In this document: piece by piece, positions 1 through 8,639 of the stretch | How the letters are laid out: every line of letters begins with the position of its first letter | Position numbering within the stretch: the first letter of the stretch is position 1 | DNA from: Escherichia phage HK1 | Sequence record: PP514360 | Reading direction: 5' to 3' (one strand) | Length of the DNA stretch: 44,319 nt | Notes under the pieces: generated by a model | What the model was told of the DNA's origin: nothing | Seen by the model: only the letters and a program-made list of their open reading frames with translations | Database searches by the model: none | Translations under genes and position numbers: made by a program

Positions 1-1
1 T

Positions 2-577
2 TTAGTTTGAGTTTTCCCAGTCCATTTTGCGCCGAACCAGCGGGCTTTCGTAATATTCCTTTCCTTCCACTTCCACCAGGGGCCAATCGTTCACTATCAC
101 GTATGGCTCCGCAATATCCTCAATCACGCCGATGGCGCTATGCTGCCCGAACGACACCCCCACCAGAATAACACCGGCAACCCGACGAGTGAGATACTCG
201 CGAGCGCAACGTGCCTCTACCAGTCCGCGACGGATGCCGCTGGTGGCCTTAACCTCGTAGGTCCAGACGGCATCAATCATATGTTCGCGGAAGTCGGGAC
301 CGGATTTTACCTTGCGCTTGCCGACCATGATAATATCGCCGCGGTCGATAGTGTTAGCGCTAAACAGGCCGGTACGCATTAGCAAACCTTGCGGGATACA
401 GCTACGCCCACCCGCCTGCCCTTCGAGGTACATTCCTGCAAACATTTCGCCCAGCACACCGACGAGTCTGCTTTGCTTGCACGCGTCAGACTTGTATCGC
501 CACTGTTCAAACTCGATGCTTGCAATCATTGCCGCCAAGTGGAATTGTTTACCGGTTATTTCGTATTCGCCGTACAT
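2..577 (-). CDS. hypothetical protein (191 aa)
   Basis: Complete minus-strand ORF with GGAGGG Shine-Dalgarno ~8 nt upstream of the ATG at 577; same orientation as neighbouring replication-module genes. No motif recognised. Confidence 0.55.
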   Translation of the reverse strand: MYGEYEITGKQFHLAAMIASIEFEQWRYKSDACKQSRLVGVLGEMFAGMYLEGQAGGRSCIPQGLLMRTGLFSANTIDRGDIIMVGKRKVKSGPDFREHMIDAVWTYEVKATSGIRRGLVEARCAREYLTRRVAGVILVGVSFGQHSAIGVIEDIAEPYVIVNDWPLVEVEGKEYYESPLVRRKMDWENSN

Positions 578-619
578 CGTGTGGCCCTCCTTGATGCGGG
601 CCGAAGCCCGCGATTAGAA

Positions 620-1174
620 TTATTTAAGTGCGCTAGTCACCAGTGTTTTTTCCATGTTACGGAAATCTTCCGGCGTCATGAGGATTTTAGATCCGTCTTC
701 ACCAGTGAGCACGACCATAGGCCGGACGTCCTGGGCTTCAACTCCAAAATCGCGGGCCTTAACCGTCTTGCCGAACGAGGCTACCGTGTCCTCTGCAACG
801 CGAATTGCGCTGTTATACGCATTAATCTCGCCGTCCAGGAGCACGGACAGACCTTTGAGGCTGTCGAATTGTGCTGCCGTTGTATCGATCTGAATCTCGT
901 CATGCACGGTCATGTAAGACTCGCCCAGCAGGGCGGCATACGCCACCAGGTCCACGATGTTATCTTCCTGGTGCTTACGGTGCTGGCGCACCAGCTTCAG
1001 GCAGATCAGGAAGGTCCAGGCTTCTTGCTCGGTAAGGTCGCGCCCGGTAAGCGCGTTAAACACGGCGGCGACCTGTTTAGCGCTGCGTTCTTCTTTCGCG
1101 TTGTCATAGCCGTTTTCTTTCCCGCGCTGTTCCATAGTGGTAGCGGCGTTTTTGCAGTATTCGTATGCTTTCAC
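620..1174 (-). CDS. hypothetical protein (184 aa), probable GTG start
   Basis: ORF MKAYEYCKN...; first codon at 1174 is GTG with AAAGGG upstream; sigma70-like promoter (TTGCAA-18-TATAGT) at 1221-1250 on the same strand. Confidence 0.5.
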   Translation of the reverse strand: MKAYEYCKNAATTMEQRGKENGYDNAKEERSAKQVAAVFNALTGRDLTEQEAWTFLICLKLVRQHRKHQEDNIVDLVAYAALLGESYMTVHDEIQIDTTAAQFDSLKGLSVLLDGEINAYNSAIRVAEDTVASFGKTVKARDFGVEAQDVRPMVVLTGEDGSKILMTPEDFRNMEKTLVTSALK

Positions 1175-1220
1175 AGTATCACCCTTTTAGTGAGGGGGCG
1201 GTATTGCCCCCGACACGTGT

Positions 1221-1250
1221 ACTATAGTGAAACCAACCTATTGGTTGCAA
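1221..1250 (-). promoter_or_regulatory. sigma70-like promoter with TTGGTTGCA motif
   Basis: Minus strand TTGCAA-18 nt-TATAGT; the -35 is embedded in the AACCAAcctaTTGGTTGCAA inverted repeat; upstream of the gene starting at 1174. Confidence 0.4.
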
Positions 1251-1708
1251 GTGAATTTTGCGACGTTTATTGCGTAAATTTTCGGGACCAAATCACCACA
1301 CGCCCGACGAATTGCCGCGATGTTCTTCTCGCAATCTTCAATGATGACCAGTTCAGACACGTCCGCGTAGCAGACCATTTTGAACACGGCGCACGCCTTA
1401 AACTCTGGCGGCGGGGTGTCGTCCAGCATGTGGCGCATAAACAACCTGCCTACCGGGAAGACCTTCAATTGCTCGGCGGTGGTGTCCCAGCATTCGCGCT
1501 GCCGGTTGGTCAGATACGCGATCTCGAAGCCTTGCTCTTTATACATGCGCAGTAGCGGCAGCATATCCATGTTAAGGTCTTCGCGGACGTGCGCTTTGTG
1601 CCACTTCGCCCAAAAGGTGGATTTCGTTTTTATCCCCGGCACCAGGTCGGCACGCGCATCGCTTGAACCGTTAATAACGCCATCCAGATCACAAATCAGT
1701 AGTTTCAT
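1238..1708 (-). CDS. HAD-superfamily hydrolase-like protein (possible nucleotidase/phosphatase)
   Basis: N-terminal LLICDLDGVI matches HAD motif I (DxDG); GAGGAA SD upstream of ATG at 1708; 156 aa. Confidence 0.65.
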   Translation of the reverse strand: MKLLICDLDGVINGSSDARADLVPGIKTKSTFWAKWHKAHVREDLNMDMLPLLRMYKEQGFEIAYLTNRQRECWDTTAEQLKVFPVGRLFMRHMLDDTPPPEFKACAVFKMVCYADVSELVIIEDCEKNIAAIRRACGDLVPKIYAINVAKFTCNQ

Positions 1709-1929
1709 TTCAATTCCTCAATCAAATTTGCACGAACAATACGGGCGGAAAACGTGTCACACACAAGATGGCAGCGGGCAGTCATTACAAGCCAGCCGGT
1801 AAGGTCCATGCCGAGTATTTGCTCCGGGCGGCTGACCCGCCGCACTTTGTTCTCCCTCGGGTTAATTTGGTAGCGTTTAACAATTTCGTCCACGACGCGC
1901 AGACTGCGATCAACGATTAAGATATTCAT
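1705..1929 (-). CDS. small hypothetical protein (~74 aa)
   Basis: ORF MNILIVDRS...; ATG at 1929 overlaps the 3' end of the upstream methyltransferase gene; stop overlaps the start of the HAD gene (ATGA). Confidence 0.4.
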   Translation of the reverse strand: MNILIVDRSLRVVDEIVKRYQINPRENKVRRVSRPEQILGMDLTGWLVMTARCHLVCDTFSARIVRANLIEELK

Positions 1930-2395
1930 GTAGCTCACTCTCGCTCATTATTTCAATTTGTGCGCTGCCGGTGGGCGGCGCTTCGTCAAAGATTATTAAT
2001 TGCTGGCACTTGTTATTGCTCGGCCCGACTTCACCGGTGACGGCATGTATAAATCGGATCCGCCAGTCCAGAAGAATTATCAGGTTTGCAGTCTTCCGGG
2101 CCAGCTTCGCCCACTTCGTCGACGTGTCCTGATTCAGTAGCATGACGGTCCGGCGTCCGTGCGCTGCGCACTTAACCCACGGCAGCGGATCGGAATACGG
2201 CGGGTTGCACCACTTCCACCCTTTCAACTCTGACCAGTCCGCATCGAGCGCGCTGTGCTCCGCCGTGAAGTAACGCGGTAGCAGGTGGTTGGCATCGCTC
2301 GCCGCCATGTCATAACGGAATCGGTACTTCCGGCGCAGCGGTTTAAATAAAGCTGGCGGCGTGCGCCAGCTATCTTTTTGCTCACTCTTCTTCAT
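1910..2395 (-). CDS. DNA N6-adenine methyltransferase (phage Dam-like)
   Basis: Contains WCNPPYS (the NPPY catalytic motif of amino-methyltransferases) and an N-terminal SWRTPP stretch; 161 aa. Confidence 0.7.
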   Translation of the reverse strand: MKKSEQKDSWRTPPALFKPLRRKYRFRYDMAASDANHLLPRYFTAEHSALDADWSELKGWKWCNPPYSDPLPWVKCAAHGRRTVMLLNQDTSTKWAKLARKTANLIILLDWRIRFIHAVTGEVGPSNNKCQQLIIFDEAPPTGSAQIEIMSESELHEYLNR

Positions 2396-2846
2396 GGTCG
2401 GTGTCTATCGCATACAGGGCGATTTTATTGCCGGTTTTGAGAATGCGTTGCACGCGCTTTGATTCCTCGGCAATAAGCGGGCGCGCGTCCGGGTAGATGC
2501 TGCCGTTTGTAGGGTTGCGCCACGCCATGAGCACAAGGTCTTTCCGGGCGATCGAAGACTGGCGGCCCTTCGGACGCACGTACTCCTCCGCACGTTTACA
2601 GTGCTCACGCAAACTATCGGCAGTGATGCGGTTTAGTGCAACGCTGGTGGTGTATCCGGTGCGCTGCATAATCCCCATCAATTCGAATAGCAGTTCGAAG
2701 CGCTCCTCTAACTCCATGCGACGCTTTTCTTCCGTTTCATAACCTGACCGGAAGATTTCGGCCGATTGTTTCGCGTTGGCCGTTTGCTCGCGGGCTTCGA
2801 GGCATTGCGCGGCCCAGTAATTTTTCTCTTCTTGTAAAATTTTCAT
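2382..2846 (-). CDS. hypothetical protein (154 aa)
   Basis: ORF with GGAGA SD ~10 nt upstream of ATG at 2846; preceded by promoter TTGCAT-17-TATATT (2894-2922) carrying two ATTGGTTGCA motifs. Confidence 0.55.
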   Translation of the reverse strand: MKILQEEKNYWAAQCLEAREQTANAKQSAEIFRSGYETEEKRRMELEERFELLFELMGIMQRTGYTTSVALNRITADSLREHCKRAEEYVRPKGRQSSIARKDLVLMAWRNPTNGSIYPDARPLIAEESKRVQRILKTGNKIALYAIDTDHEEE

Positions 2847-2893
2847 CGTGTTGTCTCCAGGTATTAAAAAGGGCGTCCAAACCGGACACCCTC

Positions 2894-2927
2894 AATATAA
2901 TGCAACCAATATGATTATGCAACCAAT
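2894..2927 (-). promoter_or_regulatory. sigma70-like promoter with two ATTGGTTGCAT copies
   Basis: Minus strand TTGCAT-17 nt-TATATT; a second ATTGGTTGCAT fills the spacer; ~50 nt upstream of the ATG at 2846. Confidence 0.45.
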
Positions 2928-3251
2928 TTACGCATAAAAGTTTGGGTCGCGCGCTACGTCTACCAGATACAGATTGCTGATCCGGTTGCCGTAGTGCCCT
3001 GGCGTGCGCTGGCGGCACACAACGGCGAAGCCTGGGGGGATTGTATTGCCCGTCTCAATAATCCACGCCACGCGTGCGCCAGACAGCGTCTTACCGTTGT
3101 ATTCGATACGTGTTCCGCCATCGGCAGTGTTAAGGTTGCCAATCTTGCAGCCTGTGGACTTCAGGCGAATGACGCCGGTCTTGCTGTCGTAGGAAAAAAG
3201 CTGATTGGTCATTGCCACTGAAAAGTCGATGGCGTCGAATGTAGTATTCAT
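2928..3251 (-). CDS. HNH-family homing endonuclease-like protein (NUMOD4/HNH_3-like)
   Basis: LFSYDSKTGVIR resembles the NUMOD4 motif and GHYGNRISNLYLV resembles the NNRxSNL core of HNH_3 endonucleases; GAGGAAAA SD upstream of ATG at 3251. Canonical first His not obvious, so may be degenerate. Confidence 0.45.
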   Translation of the reverse strand: MNTTFDAIDFSVAMTNQLFSYDSKTGVIRLKSTGCKIGNLNTADGGTRIEYNGKTLSGARVAWIIETGNTIPPGFAVVCRQRTPGHYGNRISNLYLVDVARDPNFYA

Positions 3252-3943
3252 TTTAAATTTTCCTCGTTAACCGCTATCGCGAAGCCGCGCGGGGTGAGTG
3301 AGCGGATTAATTTTGTACGAGCGGATTTACCACCGAGGCGACTATACTGTTTCGAGTACCCTTTTTCAACGAAAACAGGTTTCTTCTCTGGCATACGGAA
3401 GCCGTTGCCGGTCCATAAGCAGGTCAGCTTCGGATATGAATCGCGGGCGTTGATGTATTCAGGGAATAACGGGTGTACGTCATCCTCTGGCAAATAGCCG
3501 CCATACTCCCACGGGTCAAACGAGTGGTCCGGCCTACGCCATTGAGTGGAGAGCACGCTGCGCGGATTCTCAATCATATACGGCACTTCAAAGAAATCAC
3601 CCAGGTAAGCGGCGATCTTCGCGGTGCGTACCGCCTTAAGCTGGAAGGCAGGGTCGCGGGCGCGTTTGCGCGGGAAAGCTGGCGCACCGCTAACCGCCAG
3701 ATCCGTACACGGCGGGAATGCATAAATGATATCCGGCGTGCCGAAATCACCATTCATCGCGCGGTCCACGAAGTCCAGGTCGATAAACTCATTGCGATAG
3801 CGAATGCCGCGACCATAGATCCGGTAGTCCAGGTATGACCCGTGATCGGCCTCGGAGTAGTTGAAGCAATAACACTTATGCCCCATCTCGGCAGCACGTT
3901 CAATCATCAAGCCGCTGCCGTCAAATAATGACCAGATAATCAT
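3248..3943 (-). CDS. short DNA (cytosine-5)-methyltransferase-like protein
   Basis: LFDGSG (motif I, FxGxG), PPCTDLAVSG (motif IV, PC) and MIENPRS (motif VI, ENV-like) appear in the canonical order; only 231 aa, shorter than typical C5-MTases. Confidence 0.5.
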   Translation of the reverse strand: MIIWSLFDGSGLMIERAAEMGHKCYCFNYSEADHGSYLDYRIYGRGIRYRNEFIDLDFVDRAMNGDFGTPDIIYAFPPCTDLAVSGAPAFPRKRARDPAFQLKAVRTAKIAAYLGDFFEVPYMIENPRSVLSTQWRRPDHSFDPWEYGGYLPEDDVHPLFPEYINARDSYPKLTCLWTGNGFRMPEKKPVFVEKGYSKQYSRLGGKSARTKLIRSLTPRGFAIAVNEENLK

Positions 3944-5364
3944 TTGCGCGCCTTTTTTGCTTTCATGTATTCCATTAAATCGTCCTGAATGTCTCGCTTA
4001 CTGTCGCGACGCTCCGCGACCAGTTCGTCCAGTGTGCCGCGCGCCTGGATAATGTAGACGAATACAGGACGAGGGTGTCCGGCTTGCATCTGACGAACTG
4101 GCCCGATACGCTCCACGATCTGCGAAAAATGCTCATAGTTCCAGGTGTCGGAGAAGATGGCAAGGTGGTGTCCTCCATCCTGCAAGTTAAGGCCGTGACC
4201 CGCCGATGCCGGGTGTGCGAACATGATGGGGATCTCGCCCCTGTTCCACGCTTCCATGTCCTTATTGCCTTGCTTACCCTTACCCATCGCTACGCCGTGC
4301 GGGAATTTCTTCTTGAGACGCGCCAGGTCATGCTTGTACTGGTACGCGACGAGCAACGGTGCGCCGTTCAACTCCTCCACGATACTTTCCAGCGCGTCCA
4401 GTTTAGCGTCGTGAATTTTCACCCATTCGTCGGTGCGCTCGCCGTCTTCGTCGACTTTATATACGGCCCCGGAAGCAAGCTGAAGGCACTTAATAGTCTT
4501 CGACGCGGCGTTAGCCGCCTCCACTGTTCCGCTTTCCAGTTCTGCAAATAGCTCCGCTTCGAACTGGTCATAAATCTTGCGGGCTTTCTTCGGCAGGTCC
4601 ACAACAACCGGCGTATAGATTGGCTTGTCGCATCCGAAGTATTCAGCCGCGTCAACGGTGAGCGATACGTCAGACAGGCGTTGTTGTATTTCTTTCTCGG
4701 AGTTCTTGAGCGGGGCGTGTTGCATAGTGAAGCTGCCAGGCTTAACAGGCTTGCTAATAAACCAGCGGTCTGTGAATGCCTTATAACTACTGCCGAGGCG
4801 TTCGCCACCGTCGACAAACCACGTCTGACCCCATAGGTCTTTCAGTCCGTTTGGTGCGGGTGTGCCGGTAAGGTTAATCCAGCGCTTGACGCGCTTATGT
4901 GCGATCGCCGCCAGGGCGCGGGCGCGCTTACTTCCCTGCTTGCTGCGGTAGCCTTTCAGCTTAGTGGATTCATCGGCAACAACGACCGTAAAGGGCCACT
5001 CGTCGCCGCAATAGTCAACCAGCCACTCAACCACATCATAGTTAACACAAACCACGTTAGCGTCGCTCTCAAGCGCAGCGATGCGGTCCTTCTCTGACCC
5101 GGTGCCGTCTACTACCAGCAGGGCGGGGAAGCGCCATTTTTCTTGTTCCGGGGGCCATGTGCCCGATGCAACGCGCAGCGGGGCAAGCACCAGTACGCGG
5201 TCCTCCTGGTTGGACAGGATGCCGGTCTGGAACATTTTATTCAGCGCCCACATGGTCGCGCCGGTTTTACCCGACCCCATTGTCGCCCAAATATTGCAGC
5301 GCTTATGCTTGAGGATGAACGCGGTTATCAACTTCTGATATTCGCGACGTCGGAAACGTGCCAT
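3940..5364 (-). CDS. SNF2/DEAD-like superfamily-2 DNA helicase
   Basis: Walker A ATMGSGKTG, DExx-like VVVADEST, motif III LTGTPAPN and a C-terminal helicase domain. Start placed at MARFRRREYQ (ATG 5364) just after the stop of the upstream gene; the track ORF extends to 5454 but overlaps that gene. Confidence 0.8.
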   Translation of the reverse strand: MARFRRREYQKLITAFILKHKRCNIWATMGSGKTGATMWALNKMFQTGILSNQEDRVLVLAPLRVASGTWPPEQEKWRFPALLVVDGTGSEKDRIAALESDANVVCVNYDVVEWLVDYCGDEWPFTVVVADESTKLKGYRSKQGSKRARALAAIAHKRVKRWINLTGTPAPNGLKDLWGQTWFVDGGERLGSSYKAFTDRWFISKPVKPGSFTMQHAPLKNSEKEIQQRLSDVSLTVDAAEYFGCDKPIYTPVVVDLPKKARKIYDQFEAELFAELESGTVEAANAASKTIKCLQLASGAVYKVDEDGERTDEWVKIHDAKLDALESIVEELNGAPLLVAYQYKHDLARLKKKFPHGVAMGKGKQGNKDMEAWNRGEIPIMFAHPASAGHGLNLQDGGHHLAIFSDTWNYEHFSQIVERIGPVRQMQAGHPRPVFVYIIQARGTLDELVAERRDSKRDIQDDLMEYMKAKKARK

Positions 5365-5368
5365 ATCT

Positions 5369-5587
5369 TTATTCCGCCTTTTTCCAGACTTCGGTTTCAC
5401 TGTTCCAATTCCTCTTTGTGGCGTAATAGTATGGGTCGTGCTCAAGGTGCACACCGGTAGCGCGGAAGCTCTGGAACTTTTGCCAGCACACGGTCAGCGG
5501 CAGCGGTTTAGCCATTCCTGAAGTAAACCATACGCGATCGCCCGGTTTGCATTCGCCCAGCTTGGTGAGTCGGTAATGTTCTTTCAT
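5369..5587 (-). CDS. small hypothetical protein (~72 aa)
   Basis: ORF MKEHYRLTKLGECKPGDR...; GGGAGA ~7 nt upstream of ATG at 5587; terminator-like hairpin immediately upstream (5601-5623). Confidence 0.45.
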   Translation of the reverse strand: MKEHYRLTKLGECKPGDRVWFTSGMAKPLPLTVCWQKFQSFRATGVHLEHDPYYYATKRNWNSETEVWKKAE

Positions 5588-5600
5588 CGTCATGTCTCCC

Positions 5601-5623
5601 AAAAATGGCGGGACAAGCCCGCC
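5601..5623 (-). terminator. intrinsic terminator/attenuator-like hairpin
   Basis: Minus-strand GGCGGG-cttgt-CCCGCC followed by AUUUUUG, between the zinc-ribbon gene and the next gene. Confidence 0.4.
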
Positions 5624-5630
5624 GTATTAA

Positions 5631-5804
5631 TTATTTTTGCTCTGCGCGGTAGCGGCGCTGCCGTTCGCGCTCTTTTTTATTGCGGCACGATTTGCACTCT
5701 GCCCGATACCCGTCCGGGCTTCGCGCAGTCTTACCGGTGTATTTATGGAACTGGGATAGCGGTTTAACGCAGCCGCAATTACTGCAACGTTTTTCTTCAA
5801 TCAT
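5631..5804 (-). CDS. small zinc-ribbon protein with basic C-terminal tail (candidate transcription factor)
   Basis: MIEEKRCSNCGC...AECKSCRNKKERERQRRYRAEQK: CxxC...CxxC arrangement plus Arg/Lys tail; GAGG SD upstream of ATG at 5804; promoter TTGCTG-17-TATAGT at 5836-5864. The longer track ORF start at 5876 lies within the promoter motif. Confidence 0.5.
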   Translation of the reverse strand: MIEEKRCSNCGCVKPLSQFHKYTGKTARSPDGYRAECKSCRNKKERERQRRYRAEQK

Positions 5805-5835
5805 CTCTAAAATCCTCGATATGGCTAACCGGCAC

Positions 5836-5870
5836 ACTATACCGCTACGCGACCAATTCAGCAACCAATA
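5836..5870 (-). promoter_or_regulatory. sigma70-like promoter with ATTGGTTGC motif
   Basis: Minus strand ATTTATTGGTTGCTG; TTGCTG-17 nt-TATAGT; upstream of the zinc-ribbon gene. Confidence 0.45.
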
Positions 5871-6123
5871 AATCACAGTCGGCTATGCTGTCGATAACGC
5901 GAACGTCCGCACCGCGGCGGGCCATTCGCTCATGTTCTCGTACCTGGTGCGGCTTAGGTTTACCGCCTGGGCGCTTCACTTCGACGAAAACTATCTTGCC
6001 GTTGATGATGATAATCAGATCGGGCGCACCTGCGCGCCCCTCCCAAGCCACTTTGCGGCAGAATCCGCCGACGGCTTTCACCCGTCTCATCAAGTGACTT
6101 TGGATCTTGCCTTCTGGTGTCAT
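5845..6123 (-). CDS. VRR-NUC domain nuclease
   Basis: GAPDLIIIINGKIVFVEVKRPGGKPKPHQ matches the VRR-NUC core; ATG at 6123 overlaps the DNA polymerase stop (TAATG). Confidence 0.65.
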   Translation of the reverse strand: MTPEGKIQSHLMRRVKAVGGFCRKVAWEGRAGAPDLIIIINGKIVFVEVKRPGGKPKPHQVREHERMARRGADVRVIDSIADCDLLVAELVA

Positions 6124-8414
6124 TATTTCCTGTACCTGTACATAATGTCGCCTTCCGCGGCAAGCGGGAAGCCTTTCGCCCAAACCGGCAGGTCGCACAT
6201 CAGCGCGCACAACTCCTCGGTTGTGTAGTCGTCGGTATCCGGCACTTCGGTTATCAGTTCATCGTGTACGGACAGTACGATCTCATACCCCGCAGCTTCA
6301 ACGCCCGGCATGGACCATGCGAGGATATCGCGGCACAGCGCCTGCACGATGTTTTCCGTCAGTTTACCGCCGTAGGTATACTGGAATCCCCACTGGCGCG
6401 TCGTCTGATTCTCGCCCTGATATTTAATGCGTGTGCTGGTGCGCTTCTTGCCGGTGTCTTCGTCGATCTCGGTCGTCACTGACAGCGCAATGCCTGGATA
6501 ACTCATAATACGCCCCGACGGCAACTCAATTTTCAACCACCACCCCGCGGCGTTCGGGTCGTCGCGTTCCTCGTCGAAGGTTGGGTCATGCTTCGCCTTC
6601 GTGCGGACTATCTTGAGCGCTTTCTTACCATCCGGGCGAACGTTCGCGCCAGCCCAGTACGCTTTGCCAGGATTGCGGATTGCACACAACACCGCGTCTT
6701 CAAGCTCGGCCCAAAAGGCTACCGTCTTCGGGTGAGCCTCGCGCCACATGCGTTTAATCGCATCACACGTAAGCCATACGTTTTTCGGCAGTATGTAAGT
6801 CGGGCGCTCGTCCTTCTTGCCCGGCTTCGGCGGTCGCTTCGCTTCGTTAATGCGGGCGTACTCATAACCACGTTTCGCCGCCGCCCAAATGTGATCGGGG
6901 AATGTGCCCTTCATCACGTCAGCCATCGCATAAAGGTCGAGGCCCAGGTTTTTAGCGAACTGCAAGAACGCAGCTACGCCGCCGCCATAGCCAAGTCCCA
7001 ACTCACACGCCTTACCAATCTGGCGTAGATCTTTGCGGTTGGCTTTAATGTATTCCGGGTCAAGGCCGAACATCTTACCGGCAGTTTCACAATAAATATC
7101 GCGACCGGCCCTAAACACCATTAGCGCGGTTTTCTCGCCCGCGGTCCAGGCAAGGCCGCGCCCTTCCACGTTGGAGTAGTCCGCGACGACAAACTTCTTG
7201 CCCTTCGCCGGAATAATGCACCCGCGAACGGTCGAGGCCGTTAGCTTCGATATGTCATACGCCCAGTGTGCGGTCCCGCGTAACAGGGAGTTTATGCCGT
7301 TGGTGAGCATGTGCGACCGCACCCAAAACGCGACGTCGCTCTCGCCTTCACGGCGTTTAATCTTCCCTTCGTGGTCATCGCTATACTCGCCGCGTGCCAG
7401 GTTTTGAGGCTGAAAGCCTTTACCGGCCCAGCGTAGCGTGCGCTTTGCGCCGCCATACTGGAGACAACCACGGCGGCGACCATCGGCGGATAGGCCATTA
7501 ACGAGCGGATTGTACTTAGTCGACGCCGTGGATGACGCACCGAGGCGCATCTCTATAAGCACTTTGCCCTCGTCCGGGAAGTCTGGATCTTCTAGCAGGT
7601 CGTTAAGCGTGGATTTCTGCGCGTTGTGGATTGTGAACGCAGGCGCGAGGTCGCGCAGCGCTGGCAGGAAGTCATTTCCGGTTAGCTTACCGCCGAAGCG
7701 CTCCCAGGCTTCTTCCTTTAATTCTTCCTTATGCGCCTGTACCGCTTTGATCGCAGCGCGTGCCAGGTCAACGTCCACATAGAAGCCGCGGTCGTTAATC
7801 AACTGGTCAATAAGCAGGATTTCGTCTTCCTTCGGCGTATTACCCCAGTCCGGTATGCGCCAATAGACTTCCCTCATCGCGATGATATCCAGCGCGGCAT
7901 AGCGCAGGAATTTAGCCCATTCTTCAGGGTGAGTCTCGCGGGTGTAGCGGCGGATTTTGTAGGTCTTAGGGGTTGGCTTACAGAATCGTTTGATCAGCGC
8001 CTTGCCAGCCTTATCCTTCGCGTGTTCTGCGTCAACGCCAAGCACCTGGCACTGCATGTCGAGACTACCCGGCAGCGCGTGTCGGAAGGCCATAATCATG
8101 GTGTCTTCGATCTGGCACACTGGCAGGTCAATGCCCCACTTCTCGCGAATAACCAGGCGGTCAAACAGGAGGCCGTTAGCCATCACGATTTTTGCTTTCT
8201 TGCGGGATACCTGGCGGAGCGCCTTGCGCAGTTCACGTGGCATTGTGGGGGACTCGGTGCAATCCCATGTCTGCACGCGGCCCTCGTCGATGGCGTAGGT
8301 GCAAATCATAATCTCGGTGGTTGGGTGCTCTGCGTAGGCGTATGCGCCAACTTTCTTCAGGTCTACCCCGCTAAATGTCTCGGTATCGAGAAACAGGCGT
8401 TCGAAGTCTTTCAT
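6123..8414 (-). CDS. family-A DNA polymerase with N-terminal 3'-5' exonuclease domain
   Basis: 763 aa; FLDTETFSG (exo I), DYSNVEGRGLA (pol motif A, DYSQIELR-like), KACELGLGYGGG (motif B), LSVHDELITE (motif C). Confidence 0.9.
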   Translation of the reverse strand: MKDFERLFLDTETFSGVDLKKVGAYAYAEHPTTEIMICTYAIDEGRVQTWDCTESPTMPRELRKALRQVSRKKAKIVMANGLLFDRLVIREKWGIDLPVCQIEDTMIMAFRHALPGSLDMQCQVLGVDAEHAKDKAGKALIKRFCKPTPKTYKIRRYTRETHPEEWAKFLRYAALDIIAMREVYWRIPDWGNTPKEDEILLIDQLINDRGFYVDVDLARAAIKAVQAHKEELKEEAWERFGGKLTGNDFLPALRDLAPAFTIHNAQKSTLNDLLEDPDFPDEGKVLIEMRLGASSTASTKYNPLVNGLSADGRRRGCLQYGGAKRTLRWAGKGFQPQNLARGEYSDDHEGKIKRREGESDVAFWVRSHMLTNGINSLLRGTAHWAYDISKLTASTVRGCIIPAKGKKFVVADYSNVEGRGLAWTAGEKTALMVFRAGRDIYCETAGKMFGLDPEYIKANRKDLRQIGKACELGLGYGGGVAAFLQFAKNLGLDLYAMADVMKGTFPDHIWAAAKRGYEYARINEAKRPPKPGKKDERPTYILPKNVWLTCDAIKRMWREAHPKTVAFWAELEDAVLCAIRNPGKAYWAGANVRPDGKKALKIVRTKAKHDPTFDEERDDPNAAGWWLKIELPSGRIMSYPGIALSVTTEIDEDTGKKRTSTRIKYQGENQTTRQWGFQYTYGGKLTENIVQALCRDILAWSMPGVEAAGYEIVLSVHDELITEVPDTDDYTTEELCALMCDLPVWAKGFPLAAEGDIMYRYRK

Positions 8415-8581
8415 TGCTTAATCCTCACTACGGCGTCAGCGCTGCCGATCATGGAGAAGATACCGTCGGAAAGTGTTATCTCCTCGCCGTTGTTGCGAAT
8501 CTCGGCAACGGTGAAATATTCCCCCAGTAGCTTGGACCATACTCGCATTCCGACTTTTACTTCGCTGGCTTTAATGCGCAT
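8411..8581 (-). CDS. small hypothetical protein (56 aa)
   Basis: ORF below the track cutoff, read by hand (MRIKASEVKVGMRVWSKLLGEYFTVAEIRNNGEEITLSDGIFSMIGSADAVVRIKQ); stop overlaps the DNA polymerase start (ATGA), suggesting translational coupling. Confidence 0.35.
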   Translation of the reverse strand: MRIKASEVKVGMRVWSKLLGEYFTVAEIRNNGEEITLSDGIFSMIGSADAVVRIKQ

Positions 8582-8594
8582 TTTTCATTGTCCT

Positions 8595-8621
8595 ATTAAA
8601 AAGCCCGCATTAAGCGGGCTT
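8595..8621 (-). terminator. intrinsic terminator downstream of the SSB-like gene
   Basis: Minus-strand AAGCCCGC-ttaat-GCGGGCTT followed by a U-rich run (UUUUAA). Confidence 0.55.
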
Positions 8622-8639
8622 GAATAGTGGGCTTTGCCC

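Noticed and set aside
1221-1232. T7-type phage promoter, from CACTATAG on the minus strand
   Set aside because: Only the last 8 nt of the 23-nt T7 consensus match, no phage RNA polymerase gene is present in the window, and the site fits a host-type TTGCAA-18-TATAGT promoter better.
389-1555. 388-aa plus-strand ORF
   Set aside because: It is antisense to three consecutive, well-supported minus-strand genes (2-577, 620-1174, 1238-1708), has no SD and no motif; most likely a chance open frame in GC-rich antisense sequence.
5369-5454. N-terminal extension of the helicase ORF (track start at 5454)
   Set aside because: The extension overlaps the upstream small gene in another frame and lacks an SD; the ATG at 5364 follows that gene's stop, so the shorter form is preferred, though not proven.
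7731-8627. 298-aa plus-strand ORF inside the DNA polymerase gene
   Set aside because: Antisense to the family-A polymerase, whose motifs are clear on the minus strand; no independent signals.
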